64,000 nucleotides of DNA, taken from assembly GCF_036321535.1 (NCBI RefSeq), contig NC_087436.1:4588001-4652000 (forward strand). Reading direction: 5' to 3'. Each line of letters begins with the position of its first letter. The first letter of the stretch is position 1. The notes beneath the pieces are model-generated. The model saw only the letters and a list, made by a program, of their open reading frames with translations. It searched no databases and was not told the origin of the DNA. Source of the stretch: Camelus dromedarius. Taxonomy: Eukaryota. The position numbers and the translations under genes are program-made. This document shows positions 34,519-48,590 of the stretch, piece by piece.

Positions 34519-37500
34519 TGGGGCTTCAAGACTTTAAATCCCTGCCTCAAACCACTCATTTATTAATCATCAGAGCAGAGGTTTGGACACGGATGTTATG
34601 TGATATCCCCACACGAGAAGGACTTATAACTGTCTCCTTTCCAAAGACAGCGTAGCCTGGAAGCGGGCTTCGTACAGGTGTGTTAGTACCGTGCTCTTTG
34701 CTTTGGTTTTCCGGTGCTTTTCAAGCTCTTGTCCAGGTGCTTGTGGCTGTTACGTCTTTAAAGGTGGCTTTATTCAGAAACAGAACGTCTACTAAAGAGA
34801 ATCAGAGCCTCAGAAATTAAGAGCAGTGTGTTTATTTCTGGAGGCGCTGTGGCCGATGTGCTGGGGAGGCGAGTTAACAGAGGTGGACCCACACCCCAGG
34901 CAGAGGGACATCATTTGTCCGATGAAGAGACTGCAAAGGGCTCATTGGAGATGTTTGTGGTGGTTGTGTGTCCAGAACTGGGGCGATTTACTAATGAGAC
35001 TGTCTCATTAGTAAGACAAGTTGGACACAGTCAGAAAAAAATGCAGTTATGTATCAAGAGTGATACTCTTCATAAATGCAGCTCGCTTGGGAGAGCATTC
35101 ACTGTCACTGTGTACAGTGCTGGGACGAGTGACGACATGGACCCAGGAAGACGCACCTGAACCACCTGGAAGAGGCTCCTCCCCTCGACGGCTCCCTGCT
35201 TCCGGGTTCAGACTTCTGGGGAATCCTTGAGTTGGGATCTTGAAAACTGAGAGCCCATTAATGCTTCCCAACTACTCCAAAAAAAGCAATATACATTTTT
35301 AATCTTTAGATGTTACTTATAATTGTTACCTGTGTTCATACTATGTATATGTTCATACTATATACACATTATATATATAATATATATGTTTATATATATT
35401 GATACTATGTGTATATGTTACCTGTGTTTAGACTGCAGTTGGAGGTTTTAACTTTAATAGTGGTTGGACACACCCCACGACTGTGCCGTCCTGACCTCAC
35501 TAAAACGAACCGTCCTAGGATTTATCGTCAAGGCGACATCTGCATCCTGTCTCTGAAACAGCCTGGGCTGTGAGCGCGGTTTTCGCAGGAGCAGCTGTCA
35601 CTGGTCAGGGTGGTGGTTTGATTTGCGCTGACCTCGTCTGCCTGAGACCAGACATTATTCTGAGGCTCCATTTTCAGGATGCTTGTATTCAGACTCTCCC
35701 ATCCTAGGATACCGGTTTTCCTACCTCCCCGGGAAGCTTCTTTACCTCACAGCCAGCGCCTTTGCCATGTACCAAGCTTACTTGAGGGGCGCACAGTAGC
35801 AGGAGCTCAGTGTCAGAACGTGAATTCAGTTTTTGTACGCTCACATTTTGCAGCTAAGGAAGATATCTCCCCAGTGTGGAGTTATAAAGAATGCTGCCTG
35901 GGTATTTCGGACAACTTGTATACCTACTTTAAAATCTAGGTGTAAGTTTAAAAATTCCTAAGTTTGAAAACAAACTATGTTTTTTTTTTTTTTGCCAGTG
36001 ATGTTTGAGTGTTTGATTTTTAGTGAGGAAATACACTTAATTAATCCATTTATGTCTTTTAAAACTTGCACACATCCACTGAGTGCAGGCTCCATTCCGG
36101 GCACCCAGGTGAGGCACCAGTGATTAAAAACACAAATGGCGAAACCACAAAACCAGAAAATCCCACCCTGAGAAAAATGCCAACTGTCCTTTTGGGGAAA
36201 GGTAATTAGTGTAAAGAAATGATCAGTTTCAATTCCAGCAAGTAACCATTTCTAAGAGCAAGTGGGAGATGAATTGTCAGTGGGAAAATTGTCCACATCT
36301 GCCTCCTCAATTTTTAACACTTATTCTGGCTACAGATATATAGAATAGGATTATTTCTGGTTCTGTCTCCAGGTGAAGGTTTGGACTTTGTTTTTAAAGC
36401 TCCCAGGAGGGCTAGAAGTTGTTTGATTTTGGCTATCTGAATGAATCCTATCAGCGAATCCACAAATTGAGAGCAACTTTAGGTTAATTATTCTGATGCT
36501 AAGTGAAAGCCGCCAAGGCTGTGTTGTCCCCCTCCCCCTCTTCCTCCACTTGCTTCCTGGTCCTCCCCCCACACCTCCCCCTCGAATCACTGAGTGATGC
36601 GCCAAGTAGAAAACTCTAATGCTTAGCCTCCCCCCTGCCAAACCACAGTTATTAAGTATACAGGGGAAGATAACACAAACTACTGTATGTCATACTATCT
36701 GGAAATAGTGCAACACTATGTCTGTTTGGGGTTTTCCAAGGGATTTTTATAATAATAATGGGAAACAATGGAATGCAGTCACACCAGCCAAATATATGGT
36801 GATGGCTGTTCCATTGGTTACCATTTGGTAGATGAACAGTGTTGAATACACTGTGCTCCGTTTTGCCTATGGCTTGATACGGTATTTTTTGTCACCGAAA
36901 AAGTATTGGAAAGAAAACCAAACCTATGTCCAAAGTCGTTTTTTTCTTTTCAGGGAAATTTTAAACTATGTTTCTTGGAGAAGCCTGTGTTCTCCTCCTA
37001 TGTAAATATAATTTAAATTACAGGAAATTACATAATTTCCTGGTGTAGTACAACAATTTAGACAAAATTGATGCTCAAAAATATGTTCTGAATAATGAAT
37101 GAGTCTAGAAGACTTGGTTCATGTGCCTGACTGAAGTGGGATGGTCTAAGCACAAAAGGCATTCTACACATCAAGAAAATAAGTCAAGTATTGTTACAAG
37201 TGTTATATCTGTATGTTGGATTCATCCTTTACTTTGCTTTTAAGAAGAAAAAGTCCTTGAAAGTTATGGGTTGGGAAGGTGAGGGATGGAGAATTACGCG
37301 GTCAGAGTGCGTGAGCTGTGGACATTGTTTATGTAACCAGAATACCAGCTCCCTTCCCAACCTCTCTTACATGTGGTGGTCACCCTCTGTGACTTCAGGT
37401 CGCTGGTGAGAGACATTTTTAACACTAAGGAGAGAAGAAATTGTGTCACGTTGGAAGGAAGGCTGTAGAGCTTCCCTGAAAGGATGGAGGCAGATGTATG

Positions 37501-38019
37501 TTAAAAATATATCCGAGAGATTACTGTCATCACGTGTCCGTGCTCTCTGGAGGCTGAACCAGTGCAAAGTCTGAACAAACCTAAATTTTCCTGGAAGCTG
37601 GAAGAAAAGCTGTATTGAGAATCAAGAGACCCCAAGAAAGCGTTTATTAGCTCAAAATGTCTACTGGCATTAATCACAATAATACTGCCTGAAATTAATT
37701 TTTTGGCTATTACTTCTCTGCACTGTAAGTTCCCCTGCTCAGCTGAATGGAGTGAGCTGATCATCAATAAAGTGTAATATCTCCAATTAGCTTTCACTCT
37801 GAAAAGGGAAGAATTGGAGGAATGGGCTACAGAAAGAAGTGAAGTGGGTCCAGAGAGATTGGGTCATTTTGCCTCCTGGAGTCTTTGCTCAAACATTAAC
37901 TCCTTCAGGAAGCCGCCGGCTGTCACTGCCTTTAACCTTGTGTCCCGCCTCCTCCTCCAACCCCTTCGTCTCACCGTGTATCCTCCCCTGCTGTCTTTTG
38001 TAGCATTTATCATCTTGGA

Positions 38020-38215
38020 GTAAATTATGCAATTTGCACGTATGTTATGTAAACATAATGATTCATAAATATAATTATATATATATATGCTGTCGCTTAT
38101 TTCTGCCAGCTGAAGTGTAAGTTCTATGAAGGCAGAGATCTTTATTTTGTTCACTGATACAGTAAAAGTGCTTTGAAAAGTGCTTGGGGCATAATAGCTG
38201 TTCAAGTATTTGCGG
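38020..38215 (+). mobile_element. L2 3' end remnant
   Basis: TGTAAGTTCTATGAAGGCAGAGAT...TTTTGTTCACTGAT. Confidence 0.6.
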
Positions 38216-40289
38216 CAAAACATCCCCCTCCCGCCAGGAGGAAAAGAAGGATAATTAAAAGGTGACTCAAAGTTTCCCAAGACAACTGTAAATAAGGAAT
38301 TCTAAGTCTTTTGAATAATTCATTGGTTTTCAGTGTGAAATTTTTAAGAGAAGATGGTTATTTCCTTTCATGTAGTGCTGTTTAATTTCTGTTTCAGCCT
38401 CCCTCCAGGAGGTATGTTGGGCTGAACACTTCAGGAAGTAAAGCTTAAAAGATAAGGGAGCTTATTTTATTAAAGCAGGAGACAGAAGAGAGGGACGCAC
38501 TGACTTATGGTTGGGGGGGAGTCCCTAGGGAGATGGCCATTTCTCTATTTCATGCAGAAGAACTGTGTATTCTGTTTGTAGCTCATTGGTGACTGTTTCT
38601 GAGAAACTGAGTCTGTTACACAAATTTATGTTGTTTGATTTACCCCAGTTGGAAGAAAAAGGATAGGACACAGTGAGAGCAATGAATTAATTTGTACTTC
38701 ATTATATCTTTAATTAAGATTGGTTTATGTTTTATGAGAATGCCCTAAATCAGAGGCTTCGAAATCCCAATCTGTAGACCATTGCTGTTTCCTAATAAAA
38801 TGTTAGTGACAAAAAGGAGAAAAAAATGAAGCCCTCCAAATCCTGCAACTCAACGATTCCATTTCTAGGAATGTATCCTATTTTTTACGTAGAAATATAA
38901 ATATTAGTTACAGAGGTATTCATCACAACCTTTTGTTTGTGCTTGTGAAAAAGTAAGAGCAATTTAATACCTGTTGAAACTTCAATGTGTGTAACCGAGG
39001 CAATTCTATGTAGTCCAGGCATAGAAATCGATTTACTGACATTTACTTCCAATAGGAAGTCAAGAAAGGAGGTTTCATAGGAGTATGATCTGGTGTGTGT
39101 AACGTATCCAAGTATTTCAAGTATGAGCAACCTGAATATAACATTAGCAGTGGTCATCTCAGGACACTGGAGGGTTTTGTAAAGGTTTTCTTTTCCCACA
39201 CTGTATATTTTTATACAGTTAGAAATTAGAACGTGTAAGATACACACTAGCATTTGTCTTAAGGCAAGTCAGTGTTTGTACATTCTGTCTTCATAATTTG
39301 GGGCTATTTCACTGACTTTTGGCTTTAAAAAGACTTGAAGTCTTAGAGATGTGTTCCTTTCGTTTAACAGCTGTGTCTGTTCAGCCAGAGCGAGAACCTC
39401 ACACCTACATGCACCCTTTGCGTTTCTGAGTCTGTGAACATAAGTGCTGTGGGCTTTGGTAATACCCGTCGCGCTTAGAATGTGCTTCACCTCTTTACAG
39501 CTGTGGGAGCTGGATTATGCGATTGCTCCCATTTTAGAAAAGAGGGATTTTAACGCTCACAGGCTCTGTGTGACTTGCCCAAGTTCATCGGCTGGTACAT
39601 TCTGGGCTCTGAAGGTCACATCTCCGTGCCCGCCAAAATCACGCTCCTCTTCCCCCAACGTGCACGCTGGCGCGTCCTGGCAGGCAGACAGGTGGCCTGT
39701 CCTGAAGGACACAGGCTGTCTGGGAGAAGTCTCCATCCCGCCTGCACCTAAGCTGTGCTGCCGCCTGGAGTTGTTCCCTCGAGCAGACGCCGGTGTCCCA
39801 GCCCCGGGTGTCCCAGCAGCTGTGACAGCAGCGCCTCCGAGGGGAGAAGGTGGTTGTGTCCGCCTGGGTGGCGGGTGGGGGCTGTTCCGTCACTTGTGTT
39901 TGTTCTCCTGGAGCCTCCGGGGGCTTGGATGGCTGGGTTTGGAGTCAGAGGTGGAGATGGATGCTCCTGAATTCGTGGGTCTCAAGCTGGACAAGCTCTC
40001 TGGGACCCTGCCCGTCAGTGCTCTTCCGAAGCAGACGGTACTTTGAACAACACAGACACTTGTTGGAGAAAAAGAATCCAGATCCCACCAAAGTAAACAT
40101 ACTCATGTAATCCTGGCAGCTACTGAAATGAGAACTGTGATTGCCCCTCTTTAATCCTGTGTGCGTTCTGAGCCTTTAATACGCTGAGGATGTGCTGCAA
40201 GATTTTACCAGTCCACTCGCGCCTCACACTTAGGACATGTAAACCACAGCTCTGGGGCTGACCCTCTTTGCCAGTTCAGCTCCCGGTGA

Positions 40290-41105
40290 CAGCATCCTTC
40301 AGCTGCTCAGGCCAGAACTGCAGTGTCATCCTTGCGTCCTTCCCTCCTCCCACATCCTGTGTCCAGTTCATCAGCAAACCGTGCTGAACTTGCCTTCAGG
40401 AAACATCCGGACCCGGGCCACTCCCTCCCTCCAACTGCCTCCACCCGGAGTCCATCACCGACATTTCTCTCCTGGATGTCGCAGTAGCCTCCCCGCTGGT
40501 CTCCCTGCTCTGCCCTCGCTCTGTCCTCGCTCCGTCCCTGCTCCATCCTGTGCGCCTCTGGTCCATTCTCAGCGCAGCCGCAGGTCCGTCCTTCACTGAG
40601 GTCGGTTCATCTCACCGCTTGTATCACAAGTGTCAGGACCTTCATCTCTTCCAAGTACATGAAAGCATCACCCCGTTCGCACCAGGCCCTGGTTACCTCT
40701 GATCCTTCCTCTTGTGGCTCCTCTGCTTCCTCCTCCGTTCCTCCAACACCCGGGCTGACCTCCTGCACCTGCTCTTCCTCCGCCCGGAACACACCTGCCT
40801 GTCCTGCCCGTCCGGGTGGCTCGGGTCCCGCAGAGCGGCTTCAGACTTGACTCAACTGGCAACTTCTCAGTGATGCTTCCTGCTCCTGTACATGAGATCC
40901 CTCCCCCTCCCCAGCTTAATTTTTCTCCAGACCACCCACCCTTATATCTGTGTGTATATGACTTAGTTTCATGCCTCTTCAGCCTCCCCTCCTAGAATGC
41001 ATTTGTTCCAAGAGGTCGGGCACTTAATCTTACTAAAGGCTGGAACCCTCATGCCTAGAAGAGGACCTGGCGCACATAGGGACTCAACAAATGTTTGCTG
41101 ACTAT
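40290..41105 (+). mobile_element. L2 (L2a-like) 3' region
   Basis: CT-rich L2 body ending CCTAGAAGAGGACCTGGCGCACATAGGGACTCAACAAATGTTTGCTGA. Confidence 0.65.
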
Positions 41106-41411
41106 TCATTTACCAAACGTTATTTCTTGATTACAGCTGTTATCAGGTATTGTGCTGGGCATTAGAGTACCACACACATGTTAGTCTTCCTAAGACATAC
41201 TTAAATGTATCATTTTAGTTTGGGGACGGGGATGTGAAATAAGATGTTCTTAGTCACCAGACTTTTAGGTACATGTCATTGATGTGAACAAATGTGCCAA
41301 AAGCATATTCTGTTTCAGATATAAAACCATTTTTATGTGATCCTTGGAGCTGTAGTCCCTGCTCTTTTATCTCAACTCTTTCCCCTGTCTCTGCTGTTTT
41401 TGTTTTTCTAG

Positions 41412-41512
41412 AAAAGAGGCACAGTTAGACGAAGAAGGACAGTTTCTTGTCCGAATCATATATGATGATTCTAAAACTTATGATTTGGTTGCTGCTGCAA
41501 GCAAAGTCCTCA
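41412..41512 (+). CDS. GUCY1B1: sGC beta-1 exon 3 (H-NOX)
   Basis: tag|AAAAGAG...CTCA|gtaagt; [33 protein letters not shown]; 101 nt. Confidence 0.97.
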
Positions 41513-42983
41513 GTAAGTTGAACGTGACTTTCCTTCTCTGGCTGAGCTACAAGTAGGTGTCCAAGACAAAGGGTAATGTTGTATGGTTGTGCAGGCTATG
41601 CACTGCACAACCCTGGTTGTGGGGGATATTCACATATAATGTTAGGCCTAGGCTACCCTGAGTTCTATCTTTCCTCTTACAAACTCTTTGGAGAATAGAG
41701 GAGCTCTCTGCCCCTCCCTACAAAAAGCCATGTGTTGAGGAAGGAAAAAAATGTTGTTACTTAATGTAATGAGCTAATAATGTGGTAATAACTTAATATT
41801 GCAGTGTCAATGGCCTAGGAATTACAAGTGTAGTATACAGAAAATATTTTCTCCAAATCTTTTCTGTAATCACAAGTTTTCTTGGGTATTGGTAAGAAAA
41901 ACAAGAACAGAGATCTATATCAGTCAAAACTCATGCAAAGAAGGCAAGTCGCCCACCCTGCAAAAAAAAAAAAAAAAGCTTTATGGAAAAAAGTTGTTCT
42001 TAAGGTAGTATCTCTTATTCTCATAGTGCTTCATTTATAACTGGGCTACAGTTTGGATAGAATAGAAAGCAGCTTTTCAGCTTTCTCAGATACACTTGGA
42101 AGAGCGAACACCACCTTTTGCAGACTAAACTACAAGAATTATGGAAGAGTATGGTAAATTGTTAATAATAAGAAAAACATCCAGCCTCATTAGTACTCAA
42201 CATTGACACAAATGTAAAATAATTTTATATAAATTTGGCAATTAAAAAATGAAATAGTCAAGGGGAGAGTTAAAGGGGAAACTCACACTTTAAAATCTGA
42301 TGGCAAAATAAGACAACTTTTTTGGAGAATAATTTTGCGTCATCAGTCAAAATCTTTTTTAAAAATGTTGAAATCCTTTAGAAATTTTTCCTAAAGAAAT
42401 TATTAGATTTATGTGCATTAAGATGTATGAGTGTTTCCATTTCAGAGTAACTTACATTTTAAAGAATTGGAAAGAGCCTCTATTTTGAGTAAGCTGACAT
42501 TTGTGAAATAAATTGTTGCATACCTGTGTTGAATAAGATAGTGATTAAAATTGATATTACAGAAAAAAAATTTTAATTTGGGGACATAATAATTGAATAT
42601 TAAGGAAAAAGCAGGATCTTTGGGTGCTTACTGTATGCAACCAAGTTATTACATATGCATAAGGAAAAGCCATTCTGTACCAAAATAGCATGTGTGTTCT
42701 TGATGATTTTCAAGATCTTTATGTAATTTTCAGAAACAATAAGTTCTACCTTAAATATAAGTTTAAAAAAAAGCTCAAAATTTTGTCACAGGAGCTAAGA
42801 AACTGATTGCTTTGTTTATAAGTACAAACCTTCATTGGACGTTCTTGGCTAGATGGTCACTCTGCACAAAAACAGGGTATTTAACATTTTTAAATTATAT
42901 ACATACCTTCATTCCTCTCATTAACAATTTTCCACCTCTAATATGTTTTGTTTTTGTTGTTGTCTCTCAAATCTATAAAATAG

Positions 42984-43102
42984 ATCTCAATGCTGGAGAA
43001 ATCCTCCAAATGTTTGGGAAGATGTTTTTTGTCTTCTGTCAAGAATCTGGTTACGATACAATCCTGCGAGTCCTGGGATCCAATGTCAGAGAGTTTCTCC
43101 AG
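42984..43102 (+). CDS. GUCY1B1: sGC beta-1 exon 4 (H-NOX)
   Basis: tag|ATCTC...CTCCAG|gtgagc; [40 protein letters not shown]; 119 nt. Confidence 0.97.
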
Positions 43103-44191
43103 GTGAGCAATTTGAGGTCCTGTGGCTAAAAATTCTGAGTCTTGGATTCTTACCTGTAGATGGTGGAATACTTTTGCCCAGCCAGCTGCATGAGTGTCTT
43201 TCTGCTGAAATGGAATCACAGTGACATTTTTTTCTAATTCACATAAAATAATAATAGTTTTTGGATGGTCTTGAATACATTTTGGCATTGTTTCCTTTAA
43301 TTTTTGGTTCCTGACTCTGAATACGCAAGTTGTCGTGTTCTCTGAAAAACTCGACCTGGCCTGTTGTGATCTGTTCAACTGCCTTTTTCTAAATGCTGCT
43401 TTCTGCTGGTCATTGGCTTTTATGTATATAATATGGGCGTACTTTCTATTTGTAAGTCATCTGAATTTGTGTTGTGTAATTAAATCGTGTAGCAGTGTCT
43501 GTGATGTCCTGCCCGAAGCTCGTTGTTTTGGCTAAAGCACCTAGAGTTCAGATTTGGAGATCATTGCTCCGAGTTCTGTATTAGTTCATCTACTCAGGAA
43601 AGGAAAACAGGAAATTCTCCAAAGTTAGTCTCAGGTGAAGTCAAAGATAAATAATGTTGCCAAAGGCCTTTGTCTTCTTGTCTTGTTAAAATTATCTTGC
43701 CTTTTTTTTTTTTTTAACTAGTAAATTGCACATTAGATGGGAGACTATTTTTGGATCGACTGTGCTATTTTAAGCACAGGCATTTGTTAGACCCTCTTCT
43801 GGAAACGTGTTCACATTGAACGTTATGTGAAGGGTATTTCTAAACTGGCCACTGAGAAGAACCAAATCTTGCTGGAAAATGATGTCGGAACAATACTAGC
43901 TGAACTGGGGCCCAGTTTGGATGGAATGTAAACTACTTTCAGTCCAGCTGCATTATTGATTTAACAGCCAAAATAAGAACTATGGTGTTTAATCAAAATG
44001 TCTGTTGTTTACATAGTGACATTTTTTCTTATAAACTTAAAATGGCATTAAATCAAGAGGGAAGCTGGTTTGCAGTCCCCGCTAGCAGTTGACCAAACTC
44101 CTGGTCTCCAAAAGAGCGGTCACTTCCAAAGGAAGTAACCCCCAGGAGATATTCAAATTAACCTTTAACTGGTTGCATTTAAATGAATTAA

Positions 44192-44572
44192 AAAAAAATT
44201 TACTGAAGTGTAGTTGATTTACAATGTTAGTTTCAGGTGTACAGCAAAGTGATTCAGTTACACATACACATACATATATACATTTTCTTTTCAGATTCTT
44301 TTTCATTATATGTTATTACAAGCTATTGAATATAGTTCCCTGTGCTGTACAGTAGGTCCTTGTTGTTTATCTATTTTATATACCGTAGTGTGTATCTGTT
44401 AATCCCAACTCCTAATTTACCCCTCCCTAACCCTTTCCCCTTTGGTAACCATAGCTTGTTTTCTATGTCTGAGTCTGTTTTTGGTTTGTGAATAACATTT
44501 ATTATTTTTATTCCTTAGATTCCACATGTAAGTGATATCATAGGATATTTGCCTTTCTCTGACATTAGTTAT
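44192..44572 (-). mobile_element. 5'-truncated L1 3' end
   Basis: CTGAAGTGTAGTTGATTTACAATG...AGATTCCACATGTAAGTGA; TSD TTTAAATGAATTAA (44178-44191 / 44573-44586). Confidence 0.88.
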
Positions 44573-44859
44573 TTTAAATGAATTAAGTTTGAGATTTAAA
44601 AGTATTTGGGGATTTGGTTTTTGATTACATGTTCTATTATTAAGTAGCTTTGTTGACTCTTGTCACCTTCTCAGCAACGTGTCAACCCACAGTTCCTCTC
44701 TTTTAATTTTAACGTTCTCTTGATGGTCACATCTATGTAACCAAAACAGTCAGTACAAATGCTTTAAAATGTTTTTAACCTTTACTCATTGTGATCATCG
44801 GCTAAGTTTGCAAAGACACAGAGGGGTGACCGAGCAGGCAGCCTCCTGGTGTGTGTGGC

Positions 44860-45160
44860 TCCAGGTTCTAGAGCCGGCTGCCCAGGGGGGTGGCCTCCAC
44901 ATAACAGCCCAACGTTTGAAAGGTGGTGCCGCGGGCATGAAATACACACCAGGTTTCAAACAGAATGCGGGGTTGTTCATGCAGATTCCGTATTGATCAT
45001 GTGTTGAAAAGATATTATTTTGGAAATACGGAGTTATAGCAAATATATCATTAACAGTAATTTCAGCTGTTTGTTTTTCCTTTTTTAAAACATGACTGCT
45101 AGAAAGTTTAACAGTGTGTATGTGACTGACATTTGTGACTTGCTTTAATGCCAGCATTAT
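44860..45160. mobile_element. Old hAT-Charlie remnant (MER33/MER3-like)
   Basis: TATTGATCATGTGTTGAAAAGATATTATTTTGGA and AATTTCAGCTGTTTGTTTTT motifs, from recall. Confidence 0.55.
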
Positions 45161-45699
45161 CTTAAATAGTTCTTAAGTCTGTTTTCCTCAAGGTCAGCAG
45201 GCAGTTTTAGCTAATATGGCTTTAAATTATACACGATTTTATTTTATTTGTCTTTTCATGTGAGTGTGAACAATGAGGAAACTGTAAAGTTTTCATCAAT
45301 ACTGTATATTTTTAATCGAGTTTTTTTTTTCCTGGTTTTGAAATTGCATATATTAATGGCAAACTGAATGTATTAAAATACTGCTTTTCTTAAAAGTACA
45401 TATTTATGTTAGGATTAGGCTAATTACAAATATATTAAATGGACTTTTATCCTGTATAAGTGAGTCTGACTTAAGCAACTGATCTTCATAAATTGTTTTA
45501 AGATCCTGGCTCACATTTTAAAATAGACATTTTTCATTCCATACATTAATCAAATACTCTTAATGGTGAACTTCAGCCTTTCATTAAAAAGTAGGATAAA
45601 CTGGGCCTTATTGTAAAGATGTTTCACTTTTTTTCCTCTCACACCACCTGATTTTACCCAGTCATGAAATCCTTAGAGTCTGTTCCCTAAATACTGAAT

Positions 45700-46365
45700 T
45701 TTCAGAATTCTACCATTTTTCTTCATTTTGCCTGCACTTCTGTGGGAGAGTCTTCCAGTATCTACAGAAAGGATGGGTTTCCCCACCTCTCTTCGAATCC
45801 CTCCAATGACTTCTTCATTCTAGAACTAGAGATTTTTCTGAAATGTAAATATATCTCATCATATCACTTGCCTAAACCCTTCAGTGATTCCCAATTGCTC
45901 ACTGAAATTGTAAAAAGTATTTAAAATAATTGAAACTACTTATGTCTCCATCTTTCTCTCCTCCAGCCCAGCCGAACAGAACTGCTTTAGAATCTTTTTT
46001 TTTTTCCAGTCTTGCATGCTCTCTCTCTCTCTCCTCTGAGCTTCTGCACCTGCTCTTCCCTTTTTTGGAACACTGTTCCTGCTCCTTTTCATCTAGATCA
46101 GTCCTCGTCATCCTGCTGGTCAAATTTCTTCTTCCAGGAAGGCTCCACCCCTCTCTCTGTTCTCAGCCCCGTTTGAGTCTGGGGACTGATACGTCTCGTG
46201 TTTTCAGAGGACATCCTATTTCCCCAGACACAGTAGTTCTCACGCTGTGTTCATTGCTTGTTTGTTGGGCTGGGCTGTAAGTTTCAAGAGGGCAGAGATC
46301 ACATGTCATTTCTTAATGATGCTATCGGCACAGATACAATGTGTGTCTGGAAATGAATGAACATT
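45700..46365 (+). mobile_element. L2 remnant
   Basis: CCTAAACCCTTCAGTGATTCCCA, CTGTAAGTTTCAAGAGGGCAGAG and a terminal AATGAATGAA. Confidence 0.55.
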
Positions 46366-47814
46366 TTTCTTGTAAATGAAGATTTGCTGTTCATACAAAA
46401 ATAGGAAGCAAATACTCCAGTAGCTCAAGATTAATCCTTTTATTAAGGCCAACAAAAATCCATTTGGAGTGAGATATATATTTAGAGCTGAGTTATAGGT
46501 TGAAATGTAGAATAGACACACACTGGACCAATTTCCTTTTCATGCAGACATGGCAAAGTACTGTTTATTGATTCGTATACAAGTGACAGTACTTGAAACT
46601 TTTAAAATGTTTACCCTAATGTTTCCACTTGAAGCTCTCAGGCAGCAACCACATAGCTGCTGAAATGGTGACACAGGAGCCGGAGCCTGGGCGCCTCCCA
46701 CCGCTCGCCGTCCTTCCAGGGAGGACTTCCTGGGGGAGGGGACATGTGTCTCTCCCAGCCTCTCACTGGATACATGATCAAGAATGGCTCTCTGTTGAAA
46801 ATACATTTTTCTGTTTTTACTTTTCTTGAAGTAATTTTTGAAAGTTTTTTAAGAACCAGGCGCGGCATGTAACAGGCAATCAATCAATAGTCTTTGAATG
46901 ATAGAATTAGTTAATTCTGAGTTGTATGTATATATATTTGTTTTGGCCCAAGCTATTTTATCCAGATAATACTTGTGTTTCTTTGTAGACATTTTATATT
47001 AAAGAGATGCTGCATAGATCGTACCTGTAGTTTAGTTTCAGAAAAATACTTGTTTCTCAAGTGGATTTTTGTCATTTCCTTTGATTAGTGAATTTAAACA
47101 ATTTAACAATTCAAACAGCTTAAAAAATGGACAATGTCCCTTTGAAAGGCTTTGCTGCCAGTATTAAATTTCTGGCTCTGAGTAGCCAATCGCTTTCATT
47201 TTTTCAAAAGTGGATTTAAAATTGTTTACATCATGCCTATTATTAATCTACCTCTAGACTCCCACAAAAAGTAGCCAAAAATCCTAAGTTGGTGAAGTAA
47301 CAAAATATAAGAAACATTTTTAGAGGAAGCCTTTTAGAAATATTACTCTCTCTAGATAGTACACAGTTTGGAATTGATTTTTCTTAAATCTCCTGTAAAA
47401 CCATCAACTTGTGGATTATTGATAAAAGTAGATAATCCTTGAAATTTATTATTATCCTTTAGCTGATTTAGTAAGCAGAAACGTGGTTTATCAAAAAGAG
47501 ATTTACAAAAAGTAGGAAGACATTTTGATGTAGATTTTTGGATTTTATACATTTTATCTGTATTTATTGTCTTCAAGATAAGACCATATTTCAGTCATTT
47601 TCTTACTCTTAAATTAGGGATAAAATGTGGTACCATGCTGCTGCTGTAGCTAATTTCTGTCTGAAGCATCCAGTATAGTGATTAAAACAGAGCAGAGAAT
47701 GTGTAGGATTTGAAAACTCATTAAAAGTACAGCTGGTGAGGAGCGTGTGGTCTGACGGGATGTCCTCCGTAGACGCCGCTCACCTCTGCTCTCCGGTGTC
47801 CTCTTGCGTCCCTG

Positions 47815-48590
47815 CAGGTGGGTTTTTCCTAGAGTCGCTGCACTTGCGTCCCCCATCTCAACCCTCTTCTGCAGTGTGAGTTTCCCTGTTCTCTGTCGAG
47901 GGCTGGAGTCCCCCCTGACCCTTGCATCTGGGATGGCTTTGCTGATTACTTGACCAACAGAGTGTGGCAGGAGTAACATTTTGATCCTTCCTAGGCTGGT
48001 TCCTAAGAGGTCTTGAGTTTTCCACCCGAGTATCTGGGAGCACTTACTCTTGGGACGGTCCCTCCAGGCACCCCGTCATGTGGACTGAGGAGCCCATGGT
48101 GCCCGGAGAGGTCATGTGCGGGCTCTCAGAAGACTTAGCTGGGCCGGCTGAGCTCTCTGCCGTTAGGGTGACCATCCTGGGAAGTCAGCCTGGGAAGTCA
48201 AAGAATGATGGTGACTCCATTCCCAGCTTCTGACTCCAACAGGAGAACCCCCTGCCTGAGTCCAGGCAGCCCCCAAAACCATGCGGAATAGCATTTTGTG
48301 TTTTTTTTTAAACATTTTTTGTTGATTTATAATCATTTTACAATGTTGTGTCAAATTCCAGTGTAGAGCACAATTTTTCAGTTATACATGAACATATATA
48401 TATTCATTGTCACATTCCTTTCTCTGTGAGCTACCATAAGATCTTGTATATATTTCCCTGTGCTATACAGTGTAATCTTGTTTATCTATTCTACAATTTT
48501 GAAATCCCAGTCTGTCTCTTCCCACCCAACATTTTGTGTTAAGCCAGTAAGTTTGGGGCACCTTGTTATGCAGCAGTGGATCATGGGAAC
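47815..48590 (+). mobile_element. MaLR LTR (MLT1F-like), interrupted by a young L1
   Basis: TTGACCAACAGAGTGTGGCAGGAGT...TTAAGCCAGTAAGTTTGGGG..TTGTTATGCAGCA. Confidence 0.65.
48303..48529 (-). mobile_element. Young L1 3' end nested in the MLT
   Basis: TSD CATTTTGTGTT (48292-48302 / 48530-48540); closely similar to the copy at 61385-61650. Confidence 0.85.

Noticed and set aside
48348..48542. ORF nearly duplicated at 61435-61698 (MSNSSVEH...)
   Set aside because: Antisense translation of two copies of the same L1 3'UTR subfamily
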